DNA of 64,000 nt from Eledone cirrhosa (GCA_964016885.1 OZ024743.1:68882001-68946000), one strand, 5' to 3'. Shown: positions 27,006-41,212, counted from the stretch's first letter. Made by a program: numbers and translations. Notes: generated by a model from the letters alone, not told the origin.

Positions 27006-28078
27006 TTATGTCATATATAATGTTTGTTATAATGTAGAATAAAATAATTATCGGTATAAATGACTTATAATAATATTTCGCAGAAACAGATTAGCAAAAT
27101 TGAATAAGCGGGGTGAATGTAATAAAAGCGAGGGAGGGGGAAATCTCGAGAAAATTAATAAGCGAGTATGGGGAAAATTGGGAGATTATTCCTGAGAGTA
27201 ATTTACGGAAAATGAAGACGCACACACATATAATAGTGTGTAAGCAGTGGTTGTTCTTTTATGCATTCTGGTCGAGTGTGTGGTGGAAATAGTTTAGGTA
27301 CTATTTCTAGCATGACGAGCGGCAATTCATTGGATTTATTTTTGTTCCACCAGCAAATGTTGATGTTCTAGTTGGTGTTTGTTTTTGTTAACTCCAATTC
27401 AGCACTCATTGTATTGCAGACCGACAATCATTTGTATTCCAGATGTGACAAGCTCGTCTTTTTATTTTCCTAGTTTTACTCTATACAAAGTTTCAAGACG
27501 ATATTTTAACTATTATATAAATTGATTAAGTGATTAAAATGTGAATGAAGAGAAGAAGTTGATTAAATTAGGATAGCTACAATTGATAAATCATCATTTA
27601 TTCACAAACACTTGCCAGAGAAAGTCGCTTATACACTGAAACAAACTGTGATGTTTTCTCTTCTAATAGTCTGCAACTAATCCAAGCCCAGCTGCATTTC
27701 GGGCTAAGAAGGTTAAACTCTCCAAATAACGGTCTCTCTCCCAGAGTGCTGGTATTCTTTGTCCTAGGAGCACATCCATACTCACCAACATCGGTACGGA
27801 GTTGGCTACCAGCAGGTGTGAGCCTTGCGAACTGAAATAGCTCTTCCAACGCGTCTCCTTCATCATCCTCCGCGAAAATACCGTCTCTATTCTGTCCCCC
27901 GGGACCGCAGGGCGGCTAGCGTTTGGGCAAGTATTTGCTTATAATAGTGTTGAAACACGGCTTATCGTGGCCATTTTAAACCTGACGGACCCCATTCTTA
28001 ATCCAGGTCTAAACAGCCGAATTGTTCTACAGATGGAGATAGAGAAGAAATAAGGAGAAAGATACATATATAAATATA

Positions 28079-28656
28079 CTAGCAGGCCCGTCCGGTTGGT
28101 GCCCGGCTAGGTGTACCTGCCCGCACCACTCCACCGCAAAGATACCACACACCTTCCTGTGACACATTTTCCTTCCGACTCTCTCTCTCTCTCTCTCTGA
28201 ATAACTAACACTTTAATTGTATCTCTCTGTCTAACGGCCTATCTATCTCTTTTCCCTCCCTCTGTTTTTCTGTCTCTCTCTCTCTGTAGATGTATGTGTG
28301 TAGTTTTCCTAATCTTTCTCTAAATCTCTCTCTTTCTCTCTCTCTTTCTCTATGTGTGTGTATATATTGAATGGAGATACGGAATCTAAAACAGTGTTAT
28401 CATATAGAGAGTGGAGAGCGACAGAGAGAGTAAAGCAGTTAAATTATAGAGATGGCGAATGATCTTACATACATACATACATACATATGAAGTATAGATA
28501 TGTGTGTGTGTGTGTGTTTGTGTATGTGTATGTGTGTTTGTGTATGTGTGTATGTGCATGTGTGTGTCTGTGTTTTGTTTTGATGTTATCCGGCAATTGG
28601 CGAAATCAGGTGTGAAAGTATGTGTATTTGTGTGTGTGTCTGTGTGTGTGTGTGTA

Positions 28657-28693
<37 letters not shown>

Positions 28694-29280
28694 TTGTAGG
28701 TGTGTGTGTGTGTGTGTATGTGTGTGTGTTACTTATGCGAGCAACGACAGAAAAAGTGCGTGGGATACATACATTATTATATTCGTCTGTATTTTCGTTC
28801 TGCAACCATTATATTATGATATTTGTATCAAATGATTTTAGATGTATGTATTACCTCCTTGCCCGTCCCTCTGTTTCTCTTTCCATGTCCCTATCTCTCT
28901 CTCCTCTCTCCTCTCTGTCTCTCTCTCTCTCTTGAGATCTGTGTGTGTGTATAGTTTTCCTAATCTGTCTCTTTCACTCTCTGTCTCTCTAAGATGGTTG
29001 CCTTTTGATGTATGTATTACCTGCTGTCAGTTAAATTATAGAGAGGGTGAAAGAGGGACAGAGAGAGAGAGAGAGAGAGACGAAGCTCAGCTTTATCATA
29101 TTTGAGATTGAAGAGCGGCAGAGAGAGTAAAGCAGTTAAATTATAGACAGGAGGGAATGATATATTATATAGAGAGGGAAGAGCTACGGAGAGAATAAAG
29201 CCAAGAAACTCGAGAGAGATGTGTAGGCTACATATATACATAATACATACACACGACACTCAGCTTTATAATATTATAGA
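28079..29280 (-). mobile_element. Non-autonomous Helitron family H2
   Basis: Minus strand A|TCTATAATATTATAAAGC ... CCGGGCACCAACCGGACGGGCCTG-CTAG|T. Confidence 0.75.
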
Positions 29281-29359
<79 letters not shown>

Positions 29360-29398
29360 TAATAAAAATAATGAAACAGTTCCTTATATTAAAAAATT

Positions 29399-29534
29399 CA
29401 TCATTTTACGATCGTTTCTAGGATATATATGTGTGTGTTGGTATGTATATCATATAGATATATGTACAATTTTTACAAACCATCAGAGGGAATATACATA
29501 CCTACACATATATATGCTGTCTTCAGAAATAATG
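29399..29534 (-). ncRNA. Hammerhead ribozyme in the Penelope 3' pseudo-LTR
   Basis: Reverse complement CATTATTT-CTGAAGA-CAGCATATATATGTGT...ACACATATATATCCTA-GAAA-CGATCG-TA-AAATGATG. 8-bp helix I, palindromic helix III. Confidence 0.8.
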
Positions 29535-30306
29535 ATATTTGTTTATTGAAAAAAACAACAAAGATTTAATATAATAGGTCTGTTTGGGAACAGGTTTTGA
29601 ATTGACCAATAGAAAGGTAGTAAGTGGTCAAGATGGTAGAATAGTAGTAATGGAACTTTAATTTAGGTGTAGAGGAAGGCAGATTTCAGTTTTGAATGGA
29701 AAGAGTATAATGAATGAAAAGATTATTTTGGGGATGAAAATAGGTCAAGTCGGTAAAAGGTACACGAAAATTTGAAGTTATAAAAGAATAATGCTAATGT
29801 AAATATCTAAGGAGAATAACATTTTACGATAAATGTGTTAGTGAAAAATATCAATCTTATTTAAAATATAAGGAATTTACATCTATAAAAAGAAAATAAA
29901 TTAATTAAAGTGATAGGTATATTTATATTGATAAATGTATATCAATTCATATAGATATGATAAATAAGAATTAGATGTAATTGAAGAATGCTGTTAAAAA
30001 CGAAGGGAAAATAAAAAAATAATAATTATTATTATTTGGGGGGGGGGGGGGGTAAATTTATTAGTGAGAAATAACAAATTTATATAGATTATAAGGAATA
30101 TAGATTCATAACCAGAAATTAAAATAGTTTATATGTATACTTATCGGTATAAATTTTAGGAAAAGATTGCTGTAAAAGGGAAATAAAATTATGCAGTTCA
30201 TTAGTAGTAGAATATTAATTATAGGTTAACTAATTTAAAAAAAGTGTTATTATAATAATTTGTAAAGTGTATATTAATTAGGTTTATAATATTTAAAAGT
30301 TCTTCT

Positions 30307-31640
30307 CTATTTATGATTACATGATATAATTAATTCCTGTCGCTTATTTAATAGGATATCCTTAGATTTCATTATTTCAAAAGGTTCCTGGGAACACAAT
30401 CTACATTCATATCTATTATTCTGATAAGGGGTGGCCCTTTTGAGCACACTCCAGGTCAGGTTATAATCTATATTCCTTTTTCTATAATTATTAATTATTT
30501 CAGCTAAGGATGTTGTATTAGCTAATGTGGCATTTTTAAAACTGTGTTTGTGGGTATTAAATCTTACTTTAAATTGGTTAGAAGTAGCTCCTATATATGA
30601 ATAAGTTGAGTCCTTAGTGTTAATTTTACATTTATATACTATGTTATTAATAAGGCAATTTCCTTTTAATGGGCAATTTGCTTTGTTTCTACAGTTACAA
30701 CCTTTGGTGAATGCTGTATCAGAGGAGATAGTCAAATTAGGTGTGGAATTTTCACGACTTGTTGTATGTGAATGAGATGGTGGTTTGCTGTGGTTTATTT
30801 TAGTATTATGGTTAGTTTGATGTATTGGTGGAATATTCATGGGTTTTTTTTACATTTGTATGCATTATAGGCACTTATATTATGTTGTATATTGTTGGTT
30901 GTTGAGTAGGAGAATTTAACCGTTGATCTATTTAAAATTTGATGGTATTTATGGTTTGGCGGGAAGTTTTTCTCTGGGATAGTAAAAAATTTTTTAGGTA
31001 TATTATCTTTAATTTGTAGATTAAATGGAGCATTATACCAAGTAACTCGTCTATTACGGTTTCGATGTTGTTTATTATTTTTATAGGATGTATCCTGATG
31101 TTTATTAAGAGAATTAGTATTAGTGATTTTATTACACATATTTTTAGTTAGATCCATTGATTTAGGTGTTTTAGCCTGTTTATTAGAAATTTTGTTATTA
31201 ACATATATTGGAGTATTAGGAGGAATGGTTTTTTGAAAGTTACTATATTGTATATTAGAAGAATTAGAGAAATTAAGTTTTATGTTGGTATTTTTGGGTT
31301 TAGTGTGAGTGGCATTTAGGTGTGTATATTTCATTTGGTGTTTGTTGGTAATATTGGGTTGTATGTTTGTAGTGTTATTGGTACAAGGTATATATACTAA
31401 TTTGTTTTTGTGGCCGCTTCTAGCTAAAGCTTCGTTATAACAGGTCGCATTTTTATCAAATACATCCTGGTTAGACCAAAGGTTAGACATTTTGAGTGAG
31501 ATATTATATGCTAGGTTTTTAAGGATAGATTTAGGGTGATTAGATTGTGAGTGTATGTAATGTAAGTTTTGGTTAGGTTTATGGTAAGGTTGGTAGATAC
31601 CCGTAGATAAGTCTAATGTTATATCAAGGAAATTAACTAC
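30307..31640 (-). pseudogene. Penelope RT C-terminus plus GIY-YIG endonuclease (frameshift near 30838)
   Basis: CNCR..CPLKGNCL..NIVY..YSYIGAT..FKVRFNTH..CRLC..E..LLNKRQELI.SC.H motifs in ORFs 30837-31490 and 30307-30840. Confidence 0.88.
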
Positions 31641-31842
31641 TTTACTTGTGTTTTAAAATGTAACATCGAGACTATAATAGTCTTTGTGGAAAGTTCTAAT
31701 CAGTTTTTTATTTTTTTATATATATATATATTGTTATACATATTGTTTTAATAATATTGCCAGAAATGATAACAGAACACACTCACTGTTTGGTTGGTTT
31801 TCACTTCTGTATCTTTTAGATCTCCATAGTTAATTTATTTGG

Positions 31843-31878
<36 letters not shown>

Positions 31879-31883
<5 letters not shown>

Positions 31884-32915
31884 GAAAGAGAAGCCGGGAA
31901 TATCCTTCATCAGTGATCGACTAGCCATCATAGGTATTCCTTCGCATTAAAGACCAGATACCTCCGGCTAGCTCGAACAATAACTAAAACAAGTTATTGG
32001 GATAAAAAGAATTGGGTGGAGAAAGAGAGACAGGTGAACAACAAAAATGGTGCGGCAAAGTAAAGGGAGGAGGAATGAGAAAATCAAGTCAGTGATTCAT
32101 TTGAACATAAGAACTTGCGAACATTGACGAGAAGACAAAACACCATCCGTACCGTGCGAAAAGTGAGCGTGAAAAGAATTCCGTACTTTGGAGGAAATGA
32201 GAGAGTGTGAGCAGCAGAGATTGAGTGAGTGAAAGTATGAGGACGAGGCTAGCCGAGAGAGAGTGACTAGCAGAGGGGGAGAATGAAAGTTAGAGGGAGA
32301 AGGAGAGAGAAGTGGGAGAGAGAAAATAAGTTATTGGGATAAAAATAATTGGGTGGAGAAAGAGTGACAGGTGAACAACAAGTCTTTTTCTCTTCCCTTA
32401 CTGCTATCCTATTTTTCTCTCCCCCTTCTCTCTCCTTCTCCCTCTTACTTTCATTCTCCCCCTCTGCTAGTCACTCTCTCTCGGCTAGCTTCATCCTCAC
32501 ACTTACACTCACTCACTTTCTGCTATTCACCCTCTCTCACTTCCTCCAACTCCAGCACCGTACGAAATTCTTTTCTCGCTCACTTTTCGCACGGTACGAA
32601 TGGTCTTTCGTCTTCTCGTCAATGTTCGCAAGTTCTTATGTTCAAATGAATCACTGGCTTGATTTTCTCATTTTTCCTCTCTTTATGTTACCGCGCCATC
32701 CTTGTTCACCTGTCTCTCTTTCTCCACCCAATTCTTTTCATCACAATAACTTGTTTTAGTTATTTTTCGCGCTAGCCGGAGGTATCTGATCTTTAATGCG
32801 AAGGAATACCTATGATGGCTAGTCGATCACTGATGAAGGATAGTCCCGGCTTCTCTTTCTAATTTTTACTTCATATATATATCACATACGCAACAACACA
32901 GCACACCATTTTTCA
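31879..32915. mobile_element. ~1-kb fold-back (inverted) copy of the 12828 family between (TA)n tracts
   Basis: 31879-32330 is the reverse complement of ~32400-32862. Confidence 0.85.
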
Positions 32916-32917
32916 TT

Positions 32918-32959
<42 letters not shown>

Positions 32960-33043
32960 CGTTATTCCGGGTTGAATCGGAGGTAACCACAGTAAGTAAG
33001 GTACTCAATACATAGCAGAGTATAGCAGTTTTAATATAGATGA

Positions 33044-33092
33044 GATTCTACAGGACTAGAACTGTTTCATTCATTTGAAATCATCAGGAATC
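33044..33092 (-). ncRNA. Type I hammerhead ribozyme in a ~130-bp (TA)n-flanked island
   Basis: Reverse complement GATTC-CTGATGA-tTTCAaaTGAAt-GAAA-CAGttctagtcCTG-TA-GAATC. Confidence 0.8.
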
Positions 33093-33199
33093 ATATATAT
33101 ATTTTTATATATATATATATATATATACATATATATATTTTTATATATATATATATATACATATATATATTTTTATATATATATATATATACATATATA

Positions 33200-33271
<72 letters not shown>

Positions 33272-33782
33272 AATATATTATTCACAATAATAAAGGTAAT
33301 CCGTCTGAGAAAATGTCACAAATGTAGAAGCTCCAATAAAGATTATAAAGAATATTTCAAAGCATCTATTGTACAATTAAAGAAACGATTGACATATATA
33401 GACACAATTATTGAATGCCTAGTATCGATATTTAAATTTTGTGATGAATTTAAATATGTCGCTTTTTCTAATTATATGTTCATACATTCTTTGCAAATTA
33501 TCTCCTGTTAATATTTGATATGTTAATATATATGTCAATTATATATATGTCAGTTAATATATATATATATATATATAATAACTAGAAAAAATTTAAAAAG
33601 TTATCGCTCTACATGGCTGAATAATATAATCTGAGTTTTTCGAATATTAATAATAATATTCGATTCGTTTGCAATTATGCAAAAATCCTCTTTTTAAGCC
33701 ATGTCAGTAGAATGAGTCCACACTCTTGCTCTTGCTTTGGCATGTAAATATAACTACCGACACTAACGTGTGAGATTACATT

Positions 33783-33861
<79 letters not shown>

Positions 33862-34029
33862 CTAGGCTGGTACTTTTTATCGACGCGGAAAGAATGAACG
33901 GTGAAGTTGAACTCGGCAGGAACCAGAAAGAATCATGCAAATCATTTTCTCCTAAATTGTAACGTCTCTTCCAATTTGAAGTCTTGGTTCTGTGTTTAGT
34001 CGTAATAAAACTAAAAGTGTATATTATCT

Positions 34030-34440
34030 GTAGCTGGCACTAACCTCATCTTCCTCCGTAGCTTGCAAGTTCATATTAGTTCCTGGATATCATCAACATC
34101 CAATATTGATTTCATTAATGTACAGACCAAATATATTTCAATTTCCAGGATATACACTATTCGTGACCAACGAACAAACAAACCACACATTATTGATACA
34201 TGTCTCACATCTAGAGCAGCCGACTTCTACCCATTCATAACAGAACCTGTTCTTATGAGGTCACCCAAGCACTGCATTATCACGACTATTAAATGTATGC
34301 ACATATGACATTGTATATCCACATATCGAACACTATCATATTTCAAGTCAATTGAATGTCTACCACTGTACCATATTGATATTAACCATCCTTAGAAGCA
34401 CAAGTACATTCCCTCTGACATATCGGGAACAGCCAGCCGT
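34030..34440 (+). pseudogene. Old LINE apurinic-endonuclease remnant
   Basis: ..TIRDQRTNKPHIIDTCLTS..FYP.. resembles the APE 'PTR...ILDL.LT' block. Weak match. Confidence 0.3.
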
Positions 34441-34462
34441 ATGACTAAAACTATTCTTTTAA

Positions 34463-34683
34463 CCCTTTACCATTTAAACCGGCCATATCCGGCCAGAATT
34501 CTGTCGCCTTTTTCTGTTAAAACCGGCTGCCACTAGCCACTCATACTGATGTTAAGGTATTGTTCTCAAAATAAATAATACCAAAATCTCATAGATTCGA
34601 TATTATGTGTGATAATTATGTGGGGTAAAGCTTTTACCGTGAAAATGTAATAGTAAATATAGAATAATGTAAATAGTAAAGGG
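34463..34683. mobile_element. piggyBac-like MITE
   Basis: TTAA|CCCTTTAC ... GTAAAGGG|TTAA gives TIRs with a TTAA target duplication. Confidence 0.75.
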
Positions 34684-34708
34684 TTAAACATGTCCTTCTA
34701 TATATCAC

Positions 34709-34812
34709 GGGCAATGCCTCATGTTAGGGGCAATGAAAAGGCAATGCTTCATATTAGGGGCATTGAAAAGGCAATGCCTCATGATAGGGGCATTGAAAAA
34801 GCAATGCCTTAT
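34709..34812. repeat. 30-bp minisatellite (~3.4 copies)
   Basis: GGCAATGCCTCATGTTAGGGGCATTGAAAA repeated. Confidence 0.85.
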
Positions 34813-35211
34813 GTCCTTTAATTTGTTTGCTCGTAGCTTAATTGTAGTAGCTCCGACAATAAACACTGCCAACAACGCTTGTAGAATGTCACCCAGCCAC
34901 TGAAGTCGGGTAGCATTTACCAAGCAGCATTGCTGGACATATGCCGCTGATGATGCAAGGTGTGCATTCGAAGAGTAGACGTCGACATCGCTGGCAAAAA
35001 ATAATGAATCAGTCTGACCGGTTTCGGTTGTGTATGAGATATATCAGGGATAGTATATCGTCTTCTATTTAGTCCAGAAAGACATAATATATAGAGCCGT
35101 TACTATTTAATACTTCCCTAAAGCTTAAAATGCGAATTTGAATAAGATGGCAGATAAGTCGAAGAATTAATTACTGATCCGATAATTATTAGTAAAGTCC
35201 TTAATAGTGAT

Positions 35212-35530
35212 AAAGGTGCAGGCCCTGTGGTTACAACCTTGGGTTTGCAATTGAGAGGTTGTGAATTCCATTCTCGGTCCAGGTAGTGTTTTGGGTCCTT
35301 GAGCAAGAATCTTTATTTAACGATGCTCCAGTTTAATCAGCTGTATAAGTGATTTGCGACGTCACTGGTCCAAGCTGTATTGGTCATTGCCATTCTCGTG
35401 GACAACATTGGTAGCGTGGAGAGGCGAGACTGGATTGCATGGGTGACTGCTGGTCTTCCACAAACAAATATTTCTCAGGCTTTTGCCTAGGGGGGAAAAT
35501 GTGGGAAACCATGGTCATTCGTTACCTATT
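35212..35530 (+). mobile_element. Second tRNA-derived SINE family (degenerate; related copy at ~47530-47890 on minus)
   Basis: TGTGGTTA head followed by GTCCTTGAGCAAG..CTTTA core. Confidence 0.55.
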
Positions 35531-35797
35531 GGGTCATTGAAATAATAGTGAATATGATATACAAGTCAGATGGATTAGACGAAAGTCCACAAGTAATACC
35601 AAACCTAAATCTATCAGAGTGCTTCACCTTTTTTTCTGTTCGGCAAGGGAGTGTAAAGATATTTGCAGTGTGTATGGTTTCACAAGACGCAAGAGCTAAA
35701 TCTACTTCTACTGCAATACATATGATCTAAATTACGATTAAGTTGCTGAAGGCATACAGTTTAGCGCATTTATACACCCACATAAGTTATATATATA

Positions 35798-35869
<72 letters not shown>

Positions 35870-35941
35870 TATATGTATATATATATGTGTGTGTGTGGGT
35901 GTGGGTGTGTATGTGTGTATGTGTGTACATATATATTTATG

Positions 35942-36046
<105 letters not shown>

Positions 36047-36168
36047 TTATGTATATATATATATATACATGCATATATATATATATGAGTATATGCATAT
36101 GTATAAATATATGTATATGTAGATGTATATATATATATATATGTATGCATATATATGTATATATATTC

Positions 36169-36246
<78 letters not shown>

Positions 36247-36689
36247 AAAGCAGAATAGATGAAGATATACGTGTATGTAGGGAAATACAAACAGGAACAC
36301 AATGGAGGTATATAGATAAGTGGAGAGAGCTAGCGATGCAAACAGCAGAATTTCTCATCTGACCAGAAATGTCTCATTGATACATGATCTCCTAACAATA
36401 AATATGATATTATTTGAAGATAAATTGTCTTCTTGATTTATTACCACCTACCATGTGTCCTGCACATACATGTCTATATATGTATGTGTTTAGTGTTTAT
36501 ACATACACACATAAACGCACTTATATGTGTGTATATATATATATATATACATACACACGTATATATATACACACATATATATATATATACACATGCCTAT
36601 ATATAGAGAGACACACAAACACACTTATATGTATATATACGCACAAACATATATGTATATATACACACACAAACATATGAATATATATA

Positions 36690-37795
36690 TGTAGTTAAAG
36701 AATGAAGAGTAACATGGTGTGCTGTACAATAAGAGCTTTATTTAAAGTACTGACAATTGTTTCGTTGATCAGGTGAGTCTAGAGTTCGCTAATCGCTTGA
36801 GGTTGCATCATTCGATCTCCAATACATTATTTACCTCTAGTCAACACATCAGAGTACGTAGATATGGAAGTAATTCACTCGAGGCAAGATTTATATTGAA
36901 AAATAGCGTATAATGAAAACAATAACATCAATAATAAAACATGTATGGTAAATAGGTAGAGAAGTTACATATGTAAAAAGTAAAAAGTAAAATATAAGAT
37001 AGGTACATTAAAAAATAAGAAAATGAGTAAATGGGAAATATAAAGAAATAAATAATTGAGAGCGTGTACGTACAGAGTAGTAGTTTTTGAGTAAGTGTTC
37101 TTATAAGGATTTGTTGGTGGGTTTAGTGTTAACATGCGAAACCAGTTTCAAGATGTACATAGATACGTGTAGAGGGCCCGATAAAAGAAAAGACAATAAA
37201 TTAGAGATTAATTGGTGGATACATGTATGATATTTATGGGCTAAGGATGACGGGACATTTGATAAACGCTTGTTGTAAATGTTTTGTTGTTTGTTCAATC
37301 TTAATGGGGTTGATGCTGTTTCAGGGAGAGATGGTGAAAGAAATGTTCAGAAATTAATGATCCAGTGACCAGTGGGCCGTTTGATAGCTAATAGCAGTGC
37401 GATGGTGTGTATTCTATATGTTAAAATCTAAGTGGTTCAGTATTAATTTTGGGATTGCTGGTTCAAATCATGGTGGTTTGAAGTTTGTGATGCCTACAGA
37501 AAATAGATCTTTCTTTTTTGCTGTTAAGCAGCATCCCATCGTACCTTAAAATATGTAGTAGTTCTAAATTACAAGGCCCGCAGTGGGACATACCGTTGCT
37601 GTAGGCTTTTGCTACCGATGATTTTGACCAGCTAATCTTATATTCTAGGTTTTTGTCCTTAAGCTGCCAGATATTTTTGGCGAGCGTCGTAGAGTTCTCC
37701 AGTGCACGGTTCTTCATGGAGTGTCTGTGGACGTACCACCTTTTCTTGACGGAGTAAAACACTTCAAGAACATGTGTACCTGTCTCTATCACACC
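36690..37795 (-). mobile_element. Penelope-like 3' fragment with GIY-YIG remnant (37463-37792)
   Basis: KKRWYVHRHS..STTLAKNIWQLKD....ISW...AKAYSNG...CGPCNLE...LLNSKKE...CRH. Confidence 0.8.
36747..36857 (-). ncRNA. Hammerhead ribozyme in a Penelope pseudo-LTR (A9 mutated)
   Basis: Reverse complement GTACT-CTGATGT-GTTGA...TCAAC-GAAA-CAATTG-TC-AGTAC. Confidence 0.7.
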
Positions 37796-37802
37796 AATTC
37801 GG

Positions 37803-37857
37803 ACTGCCTGAAGAGGTCACAGCCAATGATGGTTGTCACCGAAATATATATAGCAGT
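37803..37857 (+). ncRNA. Intact-looking type I hammerhead ribozyme
   Basis: ACTGC-CTGAAGA-GGTcACAGCCAatgaTGGTTGTcACC-GAAA-TATATA-TA-GCAGT. Confidence 0.82.
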
Positions 37858-38569
37858 ACATCTTTAATAAACGAAGCCAAATTTTAAATATTTGACTTAA
37901 TTACTTTACATTACTCCGGAGTAACCAAATCAACCTGCGTACTTCGTCGAGTACTCCAATCTGCATACTGAGGTGTCGGTAAACAACCAACATATACTCA
38001 AAATGTACATATATATATATATATATATATATTCAGTTCATAATAGACCGATTAATAATCAATGTCCAGTTTGTGATTTTCAACTATTTCGCTGCCGTTG
38101 TTGCTGCTACTGTTGATGGCTGTGGTATTGCTTGTGATGGTTGTCGTATTGCTGCTGGTGCTGCTGCTTCTATTGATGATGATGATGCTGATAGCAATAA
38201 CAATCATGTTGATGAGGATGGTATTATTCTGTGATGGCGGTGTTGTGTAACAGTGTTATAGTGTGATTTAATGTTATTCTTTATCATGTCTGACAGTCTT
38301 CTCATAATCTTCCTGTACTGACTCGATACGACGCATGCGTATTCTTCAAGAGGATGCTATAAAGTTCAAGGAATATTTGGCTTCTATTTCTAGCATGCCA
38401 AGCGACTACATACGTCCTTTGTTGGTGACAGGCTACCACGGTATTTCGTCACCCTAAGGTGGTGTGGGTTTATGATAAAATGGTGGGGAATAGTGTTTTC
38501 TTATACAGGAATGGCTCGGTGTGGCGTAATAAACACGTAGTGCGGTGAAGTGTGGTGTGACGTTGCAGG

Positions 38570-40860
38570 CTACTGTAGAATGGTGTAGAGATGTGTAGTG
38601 TGGTATGGTGGTGTAGTGTTGTAGTGTGTTGTAGTTATGTGGCGTTGGTGGTAGTTGTGGTGATGGTGGTGGTGGCGGTGGTTTGGTGGTTGTGGTGGTG
38701 GTGTTGGTGGTTGTGGTGGTGGTGATGGTGGTGGTGGTGGTTGTGGTGGTGGTGGTGGTGGTTGTGGTGGTGGTTGTGGTGATGGTGGTGATGGTGGTGA
38801 TGGTTGTGGTTGTGATGGTGTTGGTGGTGGTGGTGATGGTGGTGGTGGTGGTGGTGGTGGTGGTTGTGGTGGTGGTGGTGGTGGTGGTGATGGTGGTCGT
38901 GGTTGCGGTGGTGGTGGTGGAGGTTGTGGTGGTGATGGGGGTGATGGTGGTGATGGTGGTGGTGGTTGTGGTGGTGTTGTTGGTGGTAGTGATGGTGTTT
39001 GTGGTGGTGGTGGTGGTGGTATATGTTTTCGTGGCATTTCGTCTAACATGTTTGTGTATGTATGGAACGAGGTGGTATATTAGTGCAGTGTTGTTGTGTA
39101 GTGATACAGTGATGTAGTGTGATGGTATGGTGTAATTATATAGTGTGGAGGTATAGAGGCGTAGTGTGGTGGTGTAGTGGTACAGTGTAGTGATGTAGTG
39201 GTGGTGTAGTGGTACAGTGATGTAATGGTGGTGTAGTGGTATAGTGGCGTAGTGTAGTGGTACAGTGGTGTTGTAATGGTACAGTATAGTGATGTAGTGT
39301 GGTGGAGCAGTGGTACAGTGATTTAGTGGTGGTGTAGTGGTACAGTGATACAGTGGTGGTGTAGTGGTACAGTGATGTAGTGGTGGTGTAGTGGTATAGT
39401 GGCGTAGTATAGTGATACAGTGGTGGTGTAGTGGTACAGTGTAGTGATATAGTGTGGTGTGGCAGTGGTACAGTGATTTAGTGGTGGTGTCGTGGTATAG
39501 TGATGTAGTGTAGTGATGTAGCGGTGGTGTAGTGGTTTACGATGTAGTGTGGGGACATAGTAGTGTAGTGGTGGAGTGGTGTAGCTTAGTATAATAGATG
39601 TTACAGGTATTGACTTCTACCTCATTTTGTAGACTACCAAAGTCACTATATTGAAACACTGTATGTGTGTGTGCGTCTGTGTGTGTGTGTATGTGTGTGT
39701 CTGTGTGTATGTGTGTTTGTATGTGAGTGTGTGTATGTATGTATGTGTGTGTGTATGTGTCTGTGTATGTGTGTATGTGTGTGTGTGTTTGTCTGTGTGT
39801 GTATGTGTGTATGGGTTTGTGTGTGTGTGTGTGTATGTGTATGTGTGTATGTGTGTGTATGTGTCTCTGTGTGTGTGTATGTGTGTGTATGCATGTGTGT
39901 CTAGGTGTGTATATGTGTGTATGTGTATGTGGGTCTGTGTATGTATGTGTGTATGTGTTTGTGTGTGTGTGTGTTTGTGTGTGTGTATGTGTATGTGTTT
40001 GTGAGCCTGAGTGTGTGTGCATGTGTGTGTGTATGTGTGTGTATGTATGTGTATGTGTATGTGTGTGTGTGTGTATGCGTGTGTGTGATTATGAGTGTGT
40101 GTGTGTGTGTGTGTATTATGTGTGTATGTGTGTGCGTGTGTCTGTGTGTGTGTGTGTGTGTGTGTATGGGTATGTGTATGTGTGTGTCTGTATGTGTGTA
40201 TATATGTGTGTGTATGTATGTGTGTGTGTATGTGTGAGTATGTGTATGTGAGTCTGAGTGTGTGTTTGTGTGTGTCTGTGTTGATAGGTCTCACAATATA
40301 GAGTCACTGTGTGTGTGTGTGTGTGTGTATGAGTCTACGTGTATGTGTGTGTGTGCGTGTTGGTGTGTGTGTGTGTGCGTGTGTAAATATATTGAGATCT
40401 CTCTACTTCTGGACTACAATATAGAGCCACTGTGTGTGTGTATGTGTGTGTGTGTCTGAGTGTGTGTGTCTGTTTATGTATGAGTCTACGTGTGTGTGTG
40501 TGTGTGTGCGCGTGTTGGTGTGTATGTGTGTGTGTGTTGGTGTGTGTGTGTGTGCGTGTGTTATTGAGATCTGTCTACCTTCTGGACTACCCAAAATCAC
40601 AATATTGAAATATTGTGTGTGTATGTGTGCGTGTATGTGTGCGTGTGTGTTTTAATGTTTGTGTGTCTGTGTGTGTCTGTGTGTGTATGTGTGTGTGTCT
40701 GCGTGTATACATGTCGGTGTGTGTATGTGTGTATGTTTGTGTGTGTCCGTGTATGTACGTGTCTGTGTGTGTGCATGTGTATGGGTGTATGTGTGTGTGT
40801 CTCTGTGTGTGTGTCTGTGTGTGTATGTGTATGAGTGTATGTCTGGGTATGTGTATATGT
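38570..40860. repeat. (GGT)n, GTAGTG-type and (TG)n low-complexity block
   Basis: Direct reading. Source of poly-Pro/Val and His-Thr pseudo-ORFs. Confidence 0.95.
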
Positions 40861-41158
40861 ATACGTCGGCGGCTGTCTGATAGATGTGATAGTTGTGGCA
40901 AGGTTGCTATTTAATGGAGTGGCACTGTAAAGTCCAGTAATTTTGTAAATTGGCTGAACGTCTCGCTGATGATCAGGAACAAGAGAGGGAACTACGTCTT
41001 ACTTTAACACTCTCTCCCCACACGCCTCTGTATGTCTGTCTGTCTCTCTCTCTCCCTCTCTCTCGGTGTCTCTCGATGTCTCTCTCTCTCTCCCTCACGT
41101 CTCGTGGATGATCAGGAACAAAAGAGGGAACTACGTCTTACTTTAACACTCTCTCTCT

Positions 41159-41212
<54 letters not shown>

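Larger units (their letters stand above)
29357..31717 (-). mobile_element. 5'-truncated Penelope-like element (C-terminal GIY-YIG; Nematis-like) in (TA)n
   Basis: RT thumb VNFLDITLDL..YQPYHKPN..YIHSQSNHP, linker VTWYNAPF..FP.NHKYHQILNRSTVKFSYS, EN domain, then an AT-rich UTR with a hammerhead. Confidence 0.9.
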
